From Trueperaceae bacterium (GTDB lineage: Bacteria; Deinococcota; Deinococci; Deinococcales; Trueperaceae), in assembly GCA_040905465.1 (NCBI GenBank), contig JBBDRK010000074.1, positions 27,552-73,656 of the forward strand: 46,105 bases of DNA, given 5' to 3'. This document shows, piece by piece, positions 8,724 to 16,786 of the stretch. The notes below the pieces were generated by a model. The model had not been told where the DNA came from, searched no databases, and saw only the letters and a program-made list of their open reading frames with translations. Each line of letters begins with the position of its first letter. The stretch's first letter is position 1. The position numbers and the translations under genes are program-made.

Positions 8724-9019
8724 CGTCGTCCTCCTCTGTTCCACTTCTCGTACTCGGCGTGGGTGAAGACGTGCTTGCTGAACACGGTTTGCGCTTCGTA
8801 GCGGATGAAGGTGATCAACCGGTACTTGTTACCGCCGATGTCGAAGACGGTGAGACGCCGCTCGCTTATGTAATCGGCGCTTGGGAAGTCGTTCGATAAT
8901 TCTGCCCAATTGGCGTAGCTGCTGCTCTGCATGAACTTTTGCCAGGCCTTCAGCGGTGCTTCAGCTTGCGGATGCCGCTCCCAAAACTCTCGAAGGGTTC
9001 GGGGGGCGATCACGTTCAC
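8720..9019 (-). CDS. higB: HigB-family mRNA interferase toxin
   Basis: MNVIAPRTLREFWERHP...VFDIGGNKYRLI...THAEYEK; TATACT 6 nt before the GTG (leaderless). Confidence 0.9.
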   Translation of the reverse strand: MNVIAPRTLREFWERHPQAEAPLKAWQKFMQSSSYANWAELSNDFPSADYISERRLTVFDIGGNKYRLITFIRYEAQTVFSKHVFTHAEYEKWNRGGRR

Positions 9020-9087
9020 GACAGCAGTATATGTCAAGACAACCTATGGCATGGTAACATAACCAGCTCTAGGGGGCAGGCGCTCAA

Positions 9088-9115
9088 CTTCCAATTACGC
9101 GCCCGTTTCTGCAAC
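9088..9115 (+). repeat. 28-bp site: CTTCCAATTAC GCGCCC GTTTCTGCAAC
   Basis: Imperfect inverted 11-bp arms around a 6-bp asymmetric spacer. Confidence 0.8.
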
Positions 9116-9121
9116 TACCGG

Positions 9122-9625
9122 CTACCACTTAGAAGTGGGCACTGCCTTCCGTAGGCGCGAGTGATTCTTTCGTGCCTCAGCTAGGAGTTCTTCCCACGTG
9201 TCGGGCGGACTGCCAGACTCGAGCATCTTGCGAAAGATCGCGTAGACGTCGCTTGCACTGCCGTACGCCCGCTTGCTGCGCTCGTCGTTCACCCAAGCGA
9301 AGATGATCACCTTATCTCTTTGGCTGTAGCGGAAGAAGAGGCGGTACTGCTGGAAGAACTTGGCCCTGAACCAGTGCTTGTGCTGCTTTCCAAGCGTCGT
9401 ACCTTGCCGGTACTCAGGCCGTGTGGGGTCTTGCGGAATGACGTCGAAGGCTAGTCTTACGATGGCAGCGAGGCGCTTGGTCGGATTCTTTCTTCTATAA
9501 CCGCTCGCGTCCCGCTGCTTAAGGCGCTCTACCTCCGTGATCAGTTCTTCAAGCTGCTCCAGAAACAGGGAGTGGCCATATATCTTCCACCCACTGATAA
9601 TGATGGGCCTTCCCGATTCGGTCAT
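9122..9625 (-). CDS. yhaV: YhaV-family toxin
   Basis: YRQGTTLGKQHKHWFRAKFFQQYRLFFRY...AWVNDE...PPDTWEEL. Confidence 0.92.
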   Translation of the reverse strand: MTESGRPIIISGWKIYGHSLFLEQLEELITEVERLKQRDASGYRRKNPTKRLAAIVRLAFDVIPQDPTRPEYRQGTTLGKQHKHWFRAKFFQQYRLFFRYSQRDKVIIFAWVNDERSKRAYGSASDVYAIFRKMLESGSPPDTWEELLAEARKNHSRLRKAVPTSKW

Positions 9626-9966
9626 TCATCGTCGTCTTCGAGGGGGACTTCGAGATCCACTTCGACTCCTTCGACCAGCGACCGGGCTCGAGAAATAACG
9701 GTCGGTGTAAGCGCCTGAAGGTGAGTTGGGTTTTCGAGCGTGTCCTGCTCGAGGAATTGTAGGAAGCGCTTGACGATCGGATCGTTCTCCGTTTCCTGCT
9801 CAGCCCTTGTGAGCGTAACGGTGTTGTCGTCGTGCAGGACGAAACGAATCTTATCGGCCGCAGTCAGGCCGAGGGCTTTCCGGATAGGGCTGGGGATCGT
9901 GGTCTGCCCACGGCTGGTCAAGGTGGACTCGCTGAGCAGGACCTCACTGCTGTCCCTGGTGGGCAT
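9622..9966 (-). CDS. prlF: PrlF (SohA)-family AbrB-type antitoxin
   Basis: ESTLTSRGQTTIPSPIRKALGL...DPIVKRFLQFLEQD; acidic C-terminus; overlaps yhaV. Confidence 0.9.
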   Translation of the reverse strand: MPTRDSSEVLLSESTLTSRGQTTIPSPIRKALGLTAADKIRFVLHDDNTVTLTRAEQETENDPIVKRFLQFLEQDTLENPTHLQALTPTVISRARSLVEGVEVDLEVPLEDDDE

Positions 9967-9988
9967 GATTGGCCTCCTCCCTCACAGT

Positions 9989-10006
9989 GTAATGCATTTG
10001 CATTAC
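9989..10006. promoter_or_regulatory. Palindromic operator GTAATGCA-TT-TGCATTAC upstream of prlF
   Basis: Perfect 8-bp inverted repeat just upstream of the prlF RBS. Confidence 0.65.
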
Positions 10007-10053
10007 CTCGTGCCCTGGCAGATGACTACCCGAGTTCTCAAGCGTCTCCAAAA

Positions 10054-10081
10054 GCTCCACGTTCGCGCCCGAATCACGAAC
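10054..10081 (+). repeat. 28-bp site: GCTCCACGTTC GCGCCC GAATCACGAAC
   Basis: Consensus match; between prlF and the AbiE-like module. Confidence 0.75.
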
Positions 10082-10129
10082 TTTTGGGAGCGCCTTGCCT
10101 TAAGAGGGGTGCCAGTGGCCTCAGCCACG

Positions 10130-10190
10130 TATCTACCATCAATCTGCACTTTACCACGCGACATGGTAGAGTGCAGATTGATGGTAGATA
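10130..10190. promoter_or_regulatory. 27-bp inverted repeat (1 mismatch, 7-nt loop) covering the promoter and start of the AbiEi-like gene
   Basis: TATCTACCATCAATCTGCACTTTACCA-cgcgaca-TGGTAGAGTGCAGATTGATGGTAGATA; contains extended -10 TGGTAGAGT and the ATG at 10181. Confidence 0.75.
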
Positions 10191-11188
10191 GGCAAGGCCT
10201 CCAGCAGCTCCTGGATGACACTGCTCGCTACGTGAGCGAGGCGCTGGCAACCGACCTGCACCTACGGCCATGTGGCGACAGCAATTTGCCTCCGTACTTG
10301 CAGAGTGCTTACCAGTTCGCCTGCGGCAGCGTTCTTGGCGTCAAGTGCGTCTTCATGGTGAACCTGTCGGAAGGGCGGGCGGCGCCCGCTTCCCTAGCGA
10401 GACAGATGGCCCGCGTGAAAGACCTTCTCGCACTGCCGGCCGTTTACGTGGCACCGGACCTAAGGGCGTACCAGCGTAAACGCCTCGTCGCGCAAGCGGT
10501 TCCGTTCGTTGTGCCGTTCACGCAGTTGTACCTCCCACCTCTCGGAGTCGACTTTCGCGAGGCTGCACGCAATCGGGCAGTAGAGGCTCCCGAGTTGCTT
10601 AAGCCGGTGACCCAAGTGGTCCTGCTGCATGCCCTGCTCCGGCGCAGCAAGGCTGCTTTGGACGCGCAGTCGGCAGTAGAGGAGCTCGGCTACTCGCCAA
10701 TATCCATTAGTAGGGCCTTTCGCGACCTGGAGGCCGCCGGGCTTGCAATTCGGTGGACCGAGGGAAGGTCGCGACCACTGAGTCTGTCTGGAGCAAAACG
10801 GGACGTGTGGGAGCGCGCGCAACCGCGGCTGGTATCGCCGGTAAGGAGCCGCTACCTCGTACCCGAAGAGCAGTTGGCCGGCGCACTAGAAGCGGGGTTA
10901 ACGGCTCTTGCCCGTTACTCGATGATCTCAGCGCCTTCGGGCCCGACCGTTGCCATGTCGTCGGAATCCTGGCGCCGAATAAAGAAGCGGGTGCCCGTCG
11001 AGCCCTTCTCCCCCAGCGCGCGTGGCGAGCCCGGACAGATGGTGGTCGAGGTGTGGACCTATCCGCCCGCGGCCTTGGCGGAAGGCCCGACCGTGGACAT
11101 CTTGTCGCTGGCCTTGTCGCTGCGGGATGAGCCTGACGAACGAGTTGAGGCCGCACTGGTCGATGCCTTGGAGAACTTGCCGTGGTGA
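10181..11188 (+). CDS. wHTH-containing protein, putative AbiEi-like antitoxin/regulator of a type IV TA or Abi pair
   Basis: RKRLVAQAVPFVVP..QLYLPPLG, central HTH (ELGYSPISISRAFRDLEAAGL), C-terminal VDILSLALSLRDEPDERVE; coupled to the nucleotidyltransferase gene. Confidence 0.6.
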   Translation: MVDRQGLQQLLDDTARYVSEALATDLHLRPCGDSNLPPYLQSAYQFACGSVLGVKCVFMVNLSEGRAAPASLARQMARVKDLLALPAVYVAPDLRAYQRKRLVAQAVPFVVPFTQLYLPPLGVDFREAARNRAVEAPELLKPVTQVVLLHALLRRSKAALDAQSAVEELGYSPISISRAFRDLEAAGLAIRWTEGRSRPLSLSGAKRDVWERAQPRLVSPVRSRYLVPEEQLAGALEAGLTALARYSMISAPSGPTVAMSSESWRRIKKRVPVEPFSPSARGEPGQMVVEVWTYPPAALAEGPTVDILSLALSLRDEPDERVEAALVDALENLPW

Positions 11189-11955
11189 GGGGGCTGGAGA
11201 AGTTCCGGGACTGGTTCGCCGATTTCGAGGACTGCTACGTGCTGATCGGTGGTGCGGCAAGCGATCTGATAATGAGTGATGCCGGTCTTGAGTTTCGAGC
11301 TACCAAGGACCTTGACATCGCGCTGTGCGTTGAAGCGCTCCGTGGCGACTTTGTTGCGGCGTTCTGGCGGTTCGTGGAGGCCGGCGGGTACCAGACGCGG
11401 GAACGGAGCGGCGGAACCCGCGAATACTTTCGATTCCTCAAGCCTGCGAACGATGAATTCCCAGTGATGCTGGAGCTGTTCACGCGCAGCCTTGATTCGA
11501 TTCCCGCGCCGGCGGGCTCGGGGCTGATCTCTATCCCTGCGGACACGGATTTGTCCAGCCTCTCGGCGATCCTGATGGATGATGCGTACTACGACTGGGT
11601 GATGGCCGGGCGCTACAGCTTGAATGGCGTGCCTGTCGTGGGTGCAGGTCACCTGATTCCCCTGAAGGCGCGCGCGTCCTTGGACTTGTCGGAGCGGCGG
11701 GCGCGCGGCGAAAAGGTGGATGCAAAGGAGATCAGGAAGCATAAGAACGATGTCGTTCGACTCTTGCAGACGCTGCCACCGGTCCCGCTGACGGGAGTTC
11801 CGACTGTTGCCGCGGAGGATGTGGCGCGGTTTGCGGCGGCACTGCGGTTGGAGGGTGTCAACCCCGCGAGTTTTGGAGTTGATGCCTTCGGGGGAGTCGA
11901 TGATGTCGTGGCAATGCTAGAGCTTGTGTATGAGCTTGAGGGGCAAACCCGGTAG
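11182..11955 (+). CDS. Pol-beta-fold nucleotidyltransferase, AbiEii-like toxin
   Basis: YVLIGGAA...RATKDLD (GG + DxD), LIPLKARA, KHKNDV. Confidence 0.65.
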   Translation: MVRGLEKFRDWFADFEDCYVLIGGAASDLIMSDAGLEFRATKDLDIALCVEALRGDFVAAFWRFVEAGGYQTRERSGGTREYFRFLKPANDEFPVMLELFTRSLDSIPAPAGSGLISIPADTDLSSLSAILMDDAYYDWVMAGRYSLNGVPVVGAGHLIPLKARASLDLSERRARGEKVDAKEIRKHKNDVVRLLQTLPPVPLTGVPTVAAEDVARFAAALRLEGVNPASFGVDAFGGVDDVVAMLELVYELEGQTR

Positions 11956-12045
11956 ACGCTCATCCCCGCGAAATGTGCGAAGCCCTATACCAAGGCGACT
12001 TGCGAACTGATGACGTTCTAACACTCTCGCGATGAGTCTACTTTT

Positions 12046-12073
12046 CCTCCACTTTCGCGCCTTAAACGACAAG
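12046..12073 (+). repeat. 28-bp site: CCTCCACTTTC GCGCCT TAAACGACAAG
   Basis: Consensus match; intergenic. Confidence 0.7.
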
Positions 12074-12285
12074 AATTCAGCCAGACAAGTTGCGCTTGAT
12101 CCCACTGACTGAGCTGCGGGCGAGACCACGTTGCACCGCCTGCGAGTTTCTGCCTCGCACAAGCTCGTTCTGCCCGACAACGTAGTGCTGCCCGCGATGC
12201 CTGAAGTACGGACTCTGGTTGCTTCTGCTTCCCAGGGTGCGCTGGCACCCCCCTGCCCAGAGAGTGCGGGTCGCAACGCAGTAAC

Positions 12286-13449
12286 TCACCCTCTCAGCAA
12301 TCGCTCTGAGCGAGGATAATCTCCAGATGGTGGCAGGGGCGACTCTGGGAGAGTGAAGTATATCGTCGTCCCCTCGCCGACGCGCCCCTCAGCCCAGATG
12401 CGTCCGCCGTGGCGGTTGACAATACGGTGAGCGGTCGCCAGGCCGAGTCCTAGGCCGTCATAGTCGCCTGGCTTGTGCAACCGCTGGAACGGCTGGAACA
12501 GCTTGTCTGAATACTCAGGGTCGAAGCCGACGCCGTTATCGCGAACGAAGAATACGACTTCCCCGCAACGTTCCTGACCACCCACCTGCACGTCCGCCGG
12601 CTGCACGCCCCTTGTGAACTTCCAGGCGTTATCCAGCAGGTTCGTGAGCATTGTCCGAAGCAGGGAGGGGTCTCCTCTCGCTAGCAGCCCCTCCGCGAAT
12701 TCGACTCGAACTTCCCTTCCCGGCTCCTGCTCCGCCAAGCCCGTCGACACGCTGAACGCGATTTCCGTAATGTTTACTTGCTGCTGTCGGATCTCGGCCC
12801 GCGCCAAACGCGATAGAGAGAGCAGCGCTTCGATCAGGGCGCCCATGCGGGCAGTAGCCGCATCTACCCGCTGTAAGTACTCCCTGCCCGTCTCGTCGAG
12901 GACGTCACCATATTCCTCCAGTAGAAGGTTGCTGTAGCCGTTGATGCCACGCAATGGTGTGCGAAGGTCGTGTGCGATGTTGTAATTGATCGCTTCCAGT
13001 TCCTCGTTGAGCTCTCGCAAATCGGCAGTGCGGTTGTTGACCCGTGTTTCAAGTTCGAGATTCAGGCGTTCTAATTCCCGGGTGAGAAGCTGTTTCGCCA
13101 GATATTCCCTTACGAGGACAGCGGCTGTTAAGAAGTAGGCCAGGCGGACGAATGAATTCCATACGGGTGCCCAGATTGTGGTGTAGTAAGGTGGCCCGCT
13201 TAGTTCCGTCAGGTACCAAGTTCCCGCAGCCAGCGCGGCAACAGTATAGCCGCCTCCGCGCGTACCGCTTAGACCAGCTACGGTCACGGGAATCAGGTAG
13301 AAGATGGAAACACCGAACTCACTACCGGTGATTAAGTCGACGTACGCGACTAGGAAGGTGAGCGCAATGGCCAGGAGAAACAGCAACCAAGGGGGCATGC
13401 GCTGCAAGGCATCCGGCCTATCTTCTCTCACTGCCGATCCTCCGGACAC
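12286..13449 (-). CDS. Orphan membrane sensor histidine kinase
   Basis: ~4 TM helices; AHDLRTPL (H box), NLLDNAWKF, DNGVGF, LFQPFQRLH, GLGLGLA; start codon uncertain. Confidence 0.9.
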   Translation of the reverse strand: MSGGSAVREDRPDALQRMPPWLLFLLAIALTFLVAYVDLITGSEFGVSIFYLIPVTVAGLSGTRGGGYTVAALAAGTWYLTELSGPPYYTTIWAPVWNSFVRLAYFLTAAVLVREYLAKQLLTRELERLNLELETRVNNRTADLRELNEELEAINYNIAHDLRTPLRGINGYSNLLLEEYGDVLDETGREYLQRVDAATARMGALIEALLSLSRLARAEIRQQQVNITEIAFSVSTGLAEQEPGREVRVEFAEGLLARGDPSLLRTMLTNLLDNAWKFTRGVQPADVQVGGQERCGEVVFFVRDNGVGFDPEYSDKLFQPFQRLHKPGDYDGLGLGLATAHRIVNRHGGRIWAEGRVGEGTTIYFTLPESPLPPSGDYPRSERLLRG

Positions 13450-13535
13450 TCATACTATCGGTGACCTGGGTGAGAACGCGAAGGAGCCCGGACCGCGCAC
13501 TGCCAGCCAAGAACTGAAGTATGGGATGAGCAATT

Positions 13536-13563
13536 CCTCAACTGTCGCGCCCAGGTGTTGAAG
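13536..13563 (+). repeat. 28-bp site: CCTCAACTGTC GCGCCC AGGTGTTGAAG
   Basis: Consensus match with TCAAC/GTTGA dyad symmetry. Confidence 0.75.
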
Positions 13564-14159
13564 CTAGGGGCGGTTCATGTCTTCGTTAAGCACCTGTACC
13601 TGGACGCGCCCGCCACGGGCCGGGCGGCAACCACTCGAGGTCGAAGGGCCGAGCCAATTTTCCGGTTGGATTTTGAAAGGTTCAGGGAGTCACACTATCC
13701 CATGGAAGCTAACCAAAGAATCGAGCCGAAAAACCTGTTGTCCAACATGAAGGCACGGACTCTAGGCGCCTATGCAAACTCGGGTACGCCAAGCGAAGTC
13801 GCCAAGCAACTCGAGATGACCGGACCGGCAGTCTGCCCGCCGAATCTCACGGATGCTGGCCCACTGGCTTCTCACCCAGCGACTCCACGAAACGCAGCAG
13901 ATACCGTCCATGACGAGGAATTCCCGGTGGCCGTGCAACACCTCATGCTGTTGGTACCAGTTCGTCTCGACCTCCACCTTGACCGGGTAATTTGCCGCAC
14001 TTAGCCGCTCCCTGGTAGGCAGCAAGCTGGCGACTTCAATCTGCAAAGGGGCGGTCCAACGGCCCTGTCCTGCGCGACAGCGATTCCAACCCGCAGTGGA
14101 CCGCCACTAGCCTTCCCGACATTCGCTGCTCCTATACTCGAGACCAGGAGGAGAGTGCC

Positions 14160-14720
14160 TTGGCAAAGCTCATCTATTCAGCACTGGCGTCGGTTGACGG
14201 ATACATCGAGAGCGACGACGGCAAGTTCGACTGGGCCCAGCCCGATACGGAGGTGCACGAGTTCATCAACGAGTTATTGCGACCGGTGGGCACGCACCTC
14301 TACGGGCGGCGCATGTACGAGGTGATGTCCGCCTGGGAGGCACTGCGGGAGCGATCCGATCTGCCCGCGGCCGAGCGGGAGTTCGCCGCCATCTGGCACG
14401 ATTCGGACAAGATCGTCTACTCGCGCACGCTGGCGCAGGTCACGACCGAGCGGACCAGGCTCGAGCGGGAGTTCGAGCCCACAGCGGTGCAGGGGATGAA
14501 GGAAGCGGCCAGGATGGACTTGACGGTTTCCGGTCCCGAACTGGCGGCGGTTGCCTTCGCCGCCGGAATCGTCGACGAGGTTCATCTGTTCCTGGTACCC
14601 GTGTCGGTCGGCTCGGGCAAACCCGCTTTACCCAAGGGCCTTCGGCTGAGCCTCGAGCTGCTCGACCAGCGCCAATTCGGCAACGGCACGGTCCACCTCC
14701 ACTACCGCCCCACTCGCTGA
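14160..14720 (+). CDS. Dihydrofolate reductase family / RibD C-terminal domain protein
   Basis: LASVDGYI, LYGRRMYE, VDEVHLFLVPVSVGSGK, FGNGTVHLHY; GGAGG RBS. Confidence 0.88.
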   Translation: MAKLIYSALASVDGYIESDDGKFDWAQPDTEVHEFINELLRPVGTHLYGRRMYEVMSAWEALRERSDLPAAEREFAAIWHDSDKIVYSRTLAQVTTERTRLEREFEPTAVQGMKEAARMDLTVSGPELAAVAFAAGIVDEVHLFLVPVSVGSGKPALPKGLRLSLELLDQRQFGNGTVHLHYRPTR

Positions 14721-14739
14721 TCGGCAAAAGCCTTAATCT

Positions 14740-14767
14740 TATCCAAGCTCCTGCCTGTTTTGCAAAC
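14740..14767 (+). repeat. 28-bp site with variant spacer: TATCCAAGCTC CTGCCT GTTTTGCAAAC
   Basis: TCCAA..TC left arm, GTTT...AAC right arm. Confidence 0.6.
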
Positions 14768-14772
14768 ATCGC

Positions 14773-14802
14773 TTTACACAGTGGACCACTGTGAGATATG
14801 AT
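14773..14802 (+). promoter_or_regulatory. hipBA promoter TTTACA-N18-TATGAT with operator palindrome CACAGTGG-A-CCACTGTG
   Basis: Directly visible; palindrome at 14777-14793. Confidence 0.65.
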
Positions 14803-14811
14803 GTTGACACT

Positions 14812-15150
14812 ATGCCCACTCCTCATCGTCCACCGCTAGCGGTCGAGCGAGCCTTGCGACAGCTTGGCCGGGATCTTCGAACCGCTCGCTTGCGTCGGCG
14901 CTTGAGCATGCAGACCGTGGCAGAGCGGGCATTCACCTCGAGGCCGACGCTACAGCGCGTCGAGCGAGGTGACTCGGGCGTTGGCATGGGCATTTACGCG
15001 GCGGTAGTGAACGCTTTGGGGTTGCTCGACCGACTGGCGGCGGTGACTAGCCCGCGGGAAGACGAAGTTGGCCTGGCGTTGGCCGAGGAGGACCTGCCGC
15101 AGCGGGCGGGAGAGTGGGCAGGGCGGAAGCGGGAACGCAATGAAGGATGA
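14812..15150 (+). CDS. HipB-like XRE HTH antitoxin
   Basis: LRTARLRRRLSMQTVAERAFTSRPTLQRVERGD; directly upstream of hipA. Confidence 0.85.
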   Translation: MPTPHRPPLAVERALRQLGRDLRTARLRRRLSMQTVAERAFTSRPTLQRVERGDSGVGMGIYAAVVNALGLLDRLAAVTSPREDEVGLALAEEDLPQRAGEWAGRKRERNEG

Positions 15151-16390
15151 GGTGCTGGTCTTCATCGACCACACTGGTGAGCCCGTCAGGGTTGGGAGTC
15201 TGCACCGCGAACCGCGGCGCGGTTACGAGGCGGTGGGATTCCGCTACAGCGATGCCTGGTTGGGTCGGCCTGACGCCTTCTCGTTGGAACCGGCATTGGC
15301 GCTGGGCCCCGGCGCCTTCTCACCACGGTCGGGTCATAGGTTGTTCGGATCGCTGGGCGACTCGGCGCCTGACACGTGGGGGCGGCAGCTCCTGCGGCAT
15401 GCGGAGCGAAGGCAGGCGAATCGGGAGGGCAGGCCGGTGCGGAGCCTGCACGAGTTGGACTTCCTACTGGGGGTGGCCGATGTTGCGCGGATCGGGGCGC
15501 TGCGCTTCCGCCGGCCGAAAGAGGAGGTGTTCCTGGCGCCGAACGCGGACGGGGTGCCGAGCGTCGTTCATCTGCAGCGGTTGCTGGAGGCGACCGACCG
15601 GACCTTACGGGATGAGGAGTCGGAAGCGGACCTGCGCTTGATCCTGGCGCCCGGCTCGTCACTGGGCGGAGCGCGACCGAAGGCCTCCATGGTCGATGCG
15701 GATGGCTCACTGGCGATCGCCAAGTTCCCCAAGGAGACCGATGAGTACAGCCTGGAACGGTGGGAGGCTATCGCGCTGGCACTGGCCGCGCTTGCGGGCA
15801 TCCGGACAGCTAGGAGCAGGCTGGTGGACGTGGCTGGTAGGCCGGTGCTCGTGGTGCGACGATTTGACCGACTGGGCGAGAAGCGGATCCCGTTCCTGTC
15901 GGCCTTGTCGATGCTGGCCCGTGCCGATGGTGAGCGGGCGAGCTATCCTGAGCTAGTCGACGCCCTGACTCGCCATGGGGCGGCAGCGAAGGGCGATGCG
16001 GTGGAGTTGTACCGGCGCCTGGCGTTCAACGTGCTGGTGTCGACCGTGGATGATCACCTTCGCAATCATGCGTTCCTTTGGGTGGGCTCGAGCGGTTGGA
16101 TGCTCTCCCCGGCTTATGACCTGAACCCGACGCCGGTGGATGTGCGCGAGCGGCGCCTGACCACAAGCATCAGCCTGGAGGACGCCACCTGCGAGGTGGG
16201 CCTCGTTCTGGAGGTGGCCGCCTACTTCGACCTCTCCCATGGCAAGGCGCGCGAGGTCGTGCGGGAGGTGGCCCTAACCACTCGAACCTGGCGCGGGGTG
16301 GCGACATCCTGCGGGGCAACTCCCGGTGAAATCGAGCGGATGGCCAGCGCTTTCGAGCACGAGGACCTGGAGGCAGCCCTTGCCTTGTGA
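15140..16390 (+). CDS. hipA: HipA-family Ser/Thr kinase toxin
   Basis: DSAPDTWG, GSSLGGARPK, AKFP, RRFDR, DDHLRNH, LSPAYDL. Confidence 0.92.
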   Translation: MKDEVLVFIDHTGEPVRVGSLHREPRRGYEAVGFRYSDAWLGRPDAFSLEPALALGPGAFSPRSGHRLFGSLGDSAPDTWGRQLLRHAERRQANREGRPVRSLHELDFLLGVADVARIGALRFRRPKEEVFLAPNADGVPSVVHLQRLLEATDRTLRDEESEADLRLILAPGSSLGGARPKASMVDADGSLAIAKFPKETDEYSLERWEAIALALAALAGIRTARSRLVDVAGRPVLVVRRFDRLGEKRIPFLSALSMLARADGERASYPELVDALTRHGAAAKGDAVELYRRLAFNVLVSTVDDHLRNHAFLWVGSSGWMLSPAYDLNPTPVDVRERRLTTSISLEDATCEVGLVLEVAAYFDLSHGKAREVVREVALTTRTWRGVATSCGATPGEIERMASAFEHEDLEAALAL

Positions 16391-16426
16391 ACCTGCGGCA
16401 GGGCGTGCCTTGCGACACGGCAGCGA

Positions 16427-16454
16427 GCTCCAATTACAGGCAGTTCAGCTCTTG
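16427..16454 (+). repeat. Right-boundary hybrid site: GCTCCAATTAC AGGCAG TTCAGCTCTTG
   Basis: Left arm 9/11 identical to the 6591 and 9088 arms; right arm overlaps the gldC-like stop codon. Confidence 0.55.
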
Positions 16455-16786
16455 CCCCCCGCTTCGGCCTTTACCGCGCGCTCCGCGAACTCGCGCGCGA
16501 ACAGCTTCATCTCGGCGGCCAGCGACTGGTTTCGGGTAGCGCCCTGATACGAGTCTGCCAGCGACATGAGCGTCTGGAATACGAACTCGTTCATCTCCTG
16601 CACGGTCATGTCCTTGGTCCACAGATCGATGCGCATGGCGTTTCGCGTATCGGCGTCCCAGAGGGCAAGCAGCATCGCTCCTGCCGCCTGCTCGCCGGGC
16701 ACCGGCGCCTCGTCTGCCTGCCAACGGATAGCCTCGATTCCATCGTCGGACCTGTCCACCGTTAGTGATATCTCGGAGCGCTTCAT
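16445..16786 (-). CDS. gldC: GldC-like protein
   Basis: SEISLTV...AMLLALWD...MRIDLWTKDMTVQEMNEFVFQTLMSLADSY..AT; TACGAT 7 nt upstream. Confidence 0.75.
   Translation of the reverse strand: MKRSEISLTVDRSDDGIEAIRWQADEAPVPGEQAAGAMLLALWDADTRNAMRIDLWTKDMTVQEMNEFVFQTLMSLADSYQGATRNQSLAAEMKLFAREFAERAVKAEAGGKS

Larger units (their letters stand above)
5312..16454. mobile_element. Accessory island: array of modules bounded by 28-bp direct-repeat sites, with a tyrosine recombinase pseudogene
   Basis: Several modules look less GC-rich than the flanks (judged by eye); six TA-type pairs; integrase; repeated site in nearly every inter-module gap; right end overlaps the stop codon of the gldC-like gene. 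Confidence 0.75.

Noticed and set aside
9740-10180. N-terminal extension of the 482-aa ORF
   Set aside because: Overlaps prlF antisense, a repeat site and the promoter palindrome; the real start is near 10181.
13555-14046. ORFs 13555-14004 (+) and 13762-14046 (-)
   Set aside because: No RBS or domain signature; not supportable as genes.
6591-14767. CRISPR array interpretation of the 28-bp repeats
   Set aside because: Spacing is 0.9-2 kb with genes in between, the repeats are degenerate and no cas genes are present.
5312-16454. Classical integron (IntI/attC) or pdif module array
   Set aside because: No RYYYAAC...GTTRRRY hairpins; cassette genes in mixed orientation; no evident IntI-specific insertion; arms do not resemble XerD TTATGTTAAAT; sites are mostly direct rather than alternating.
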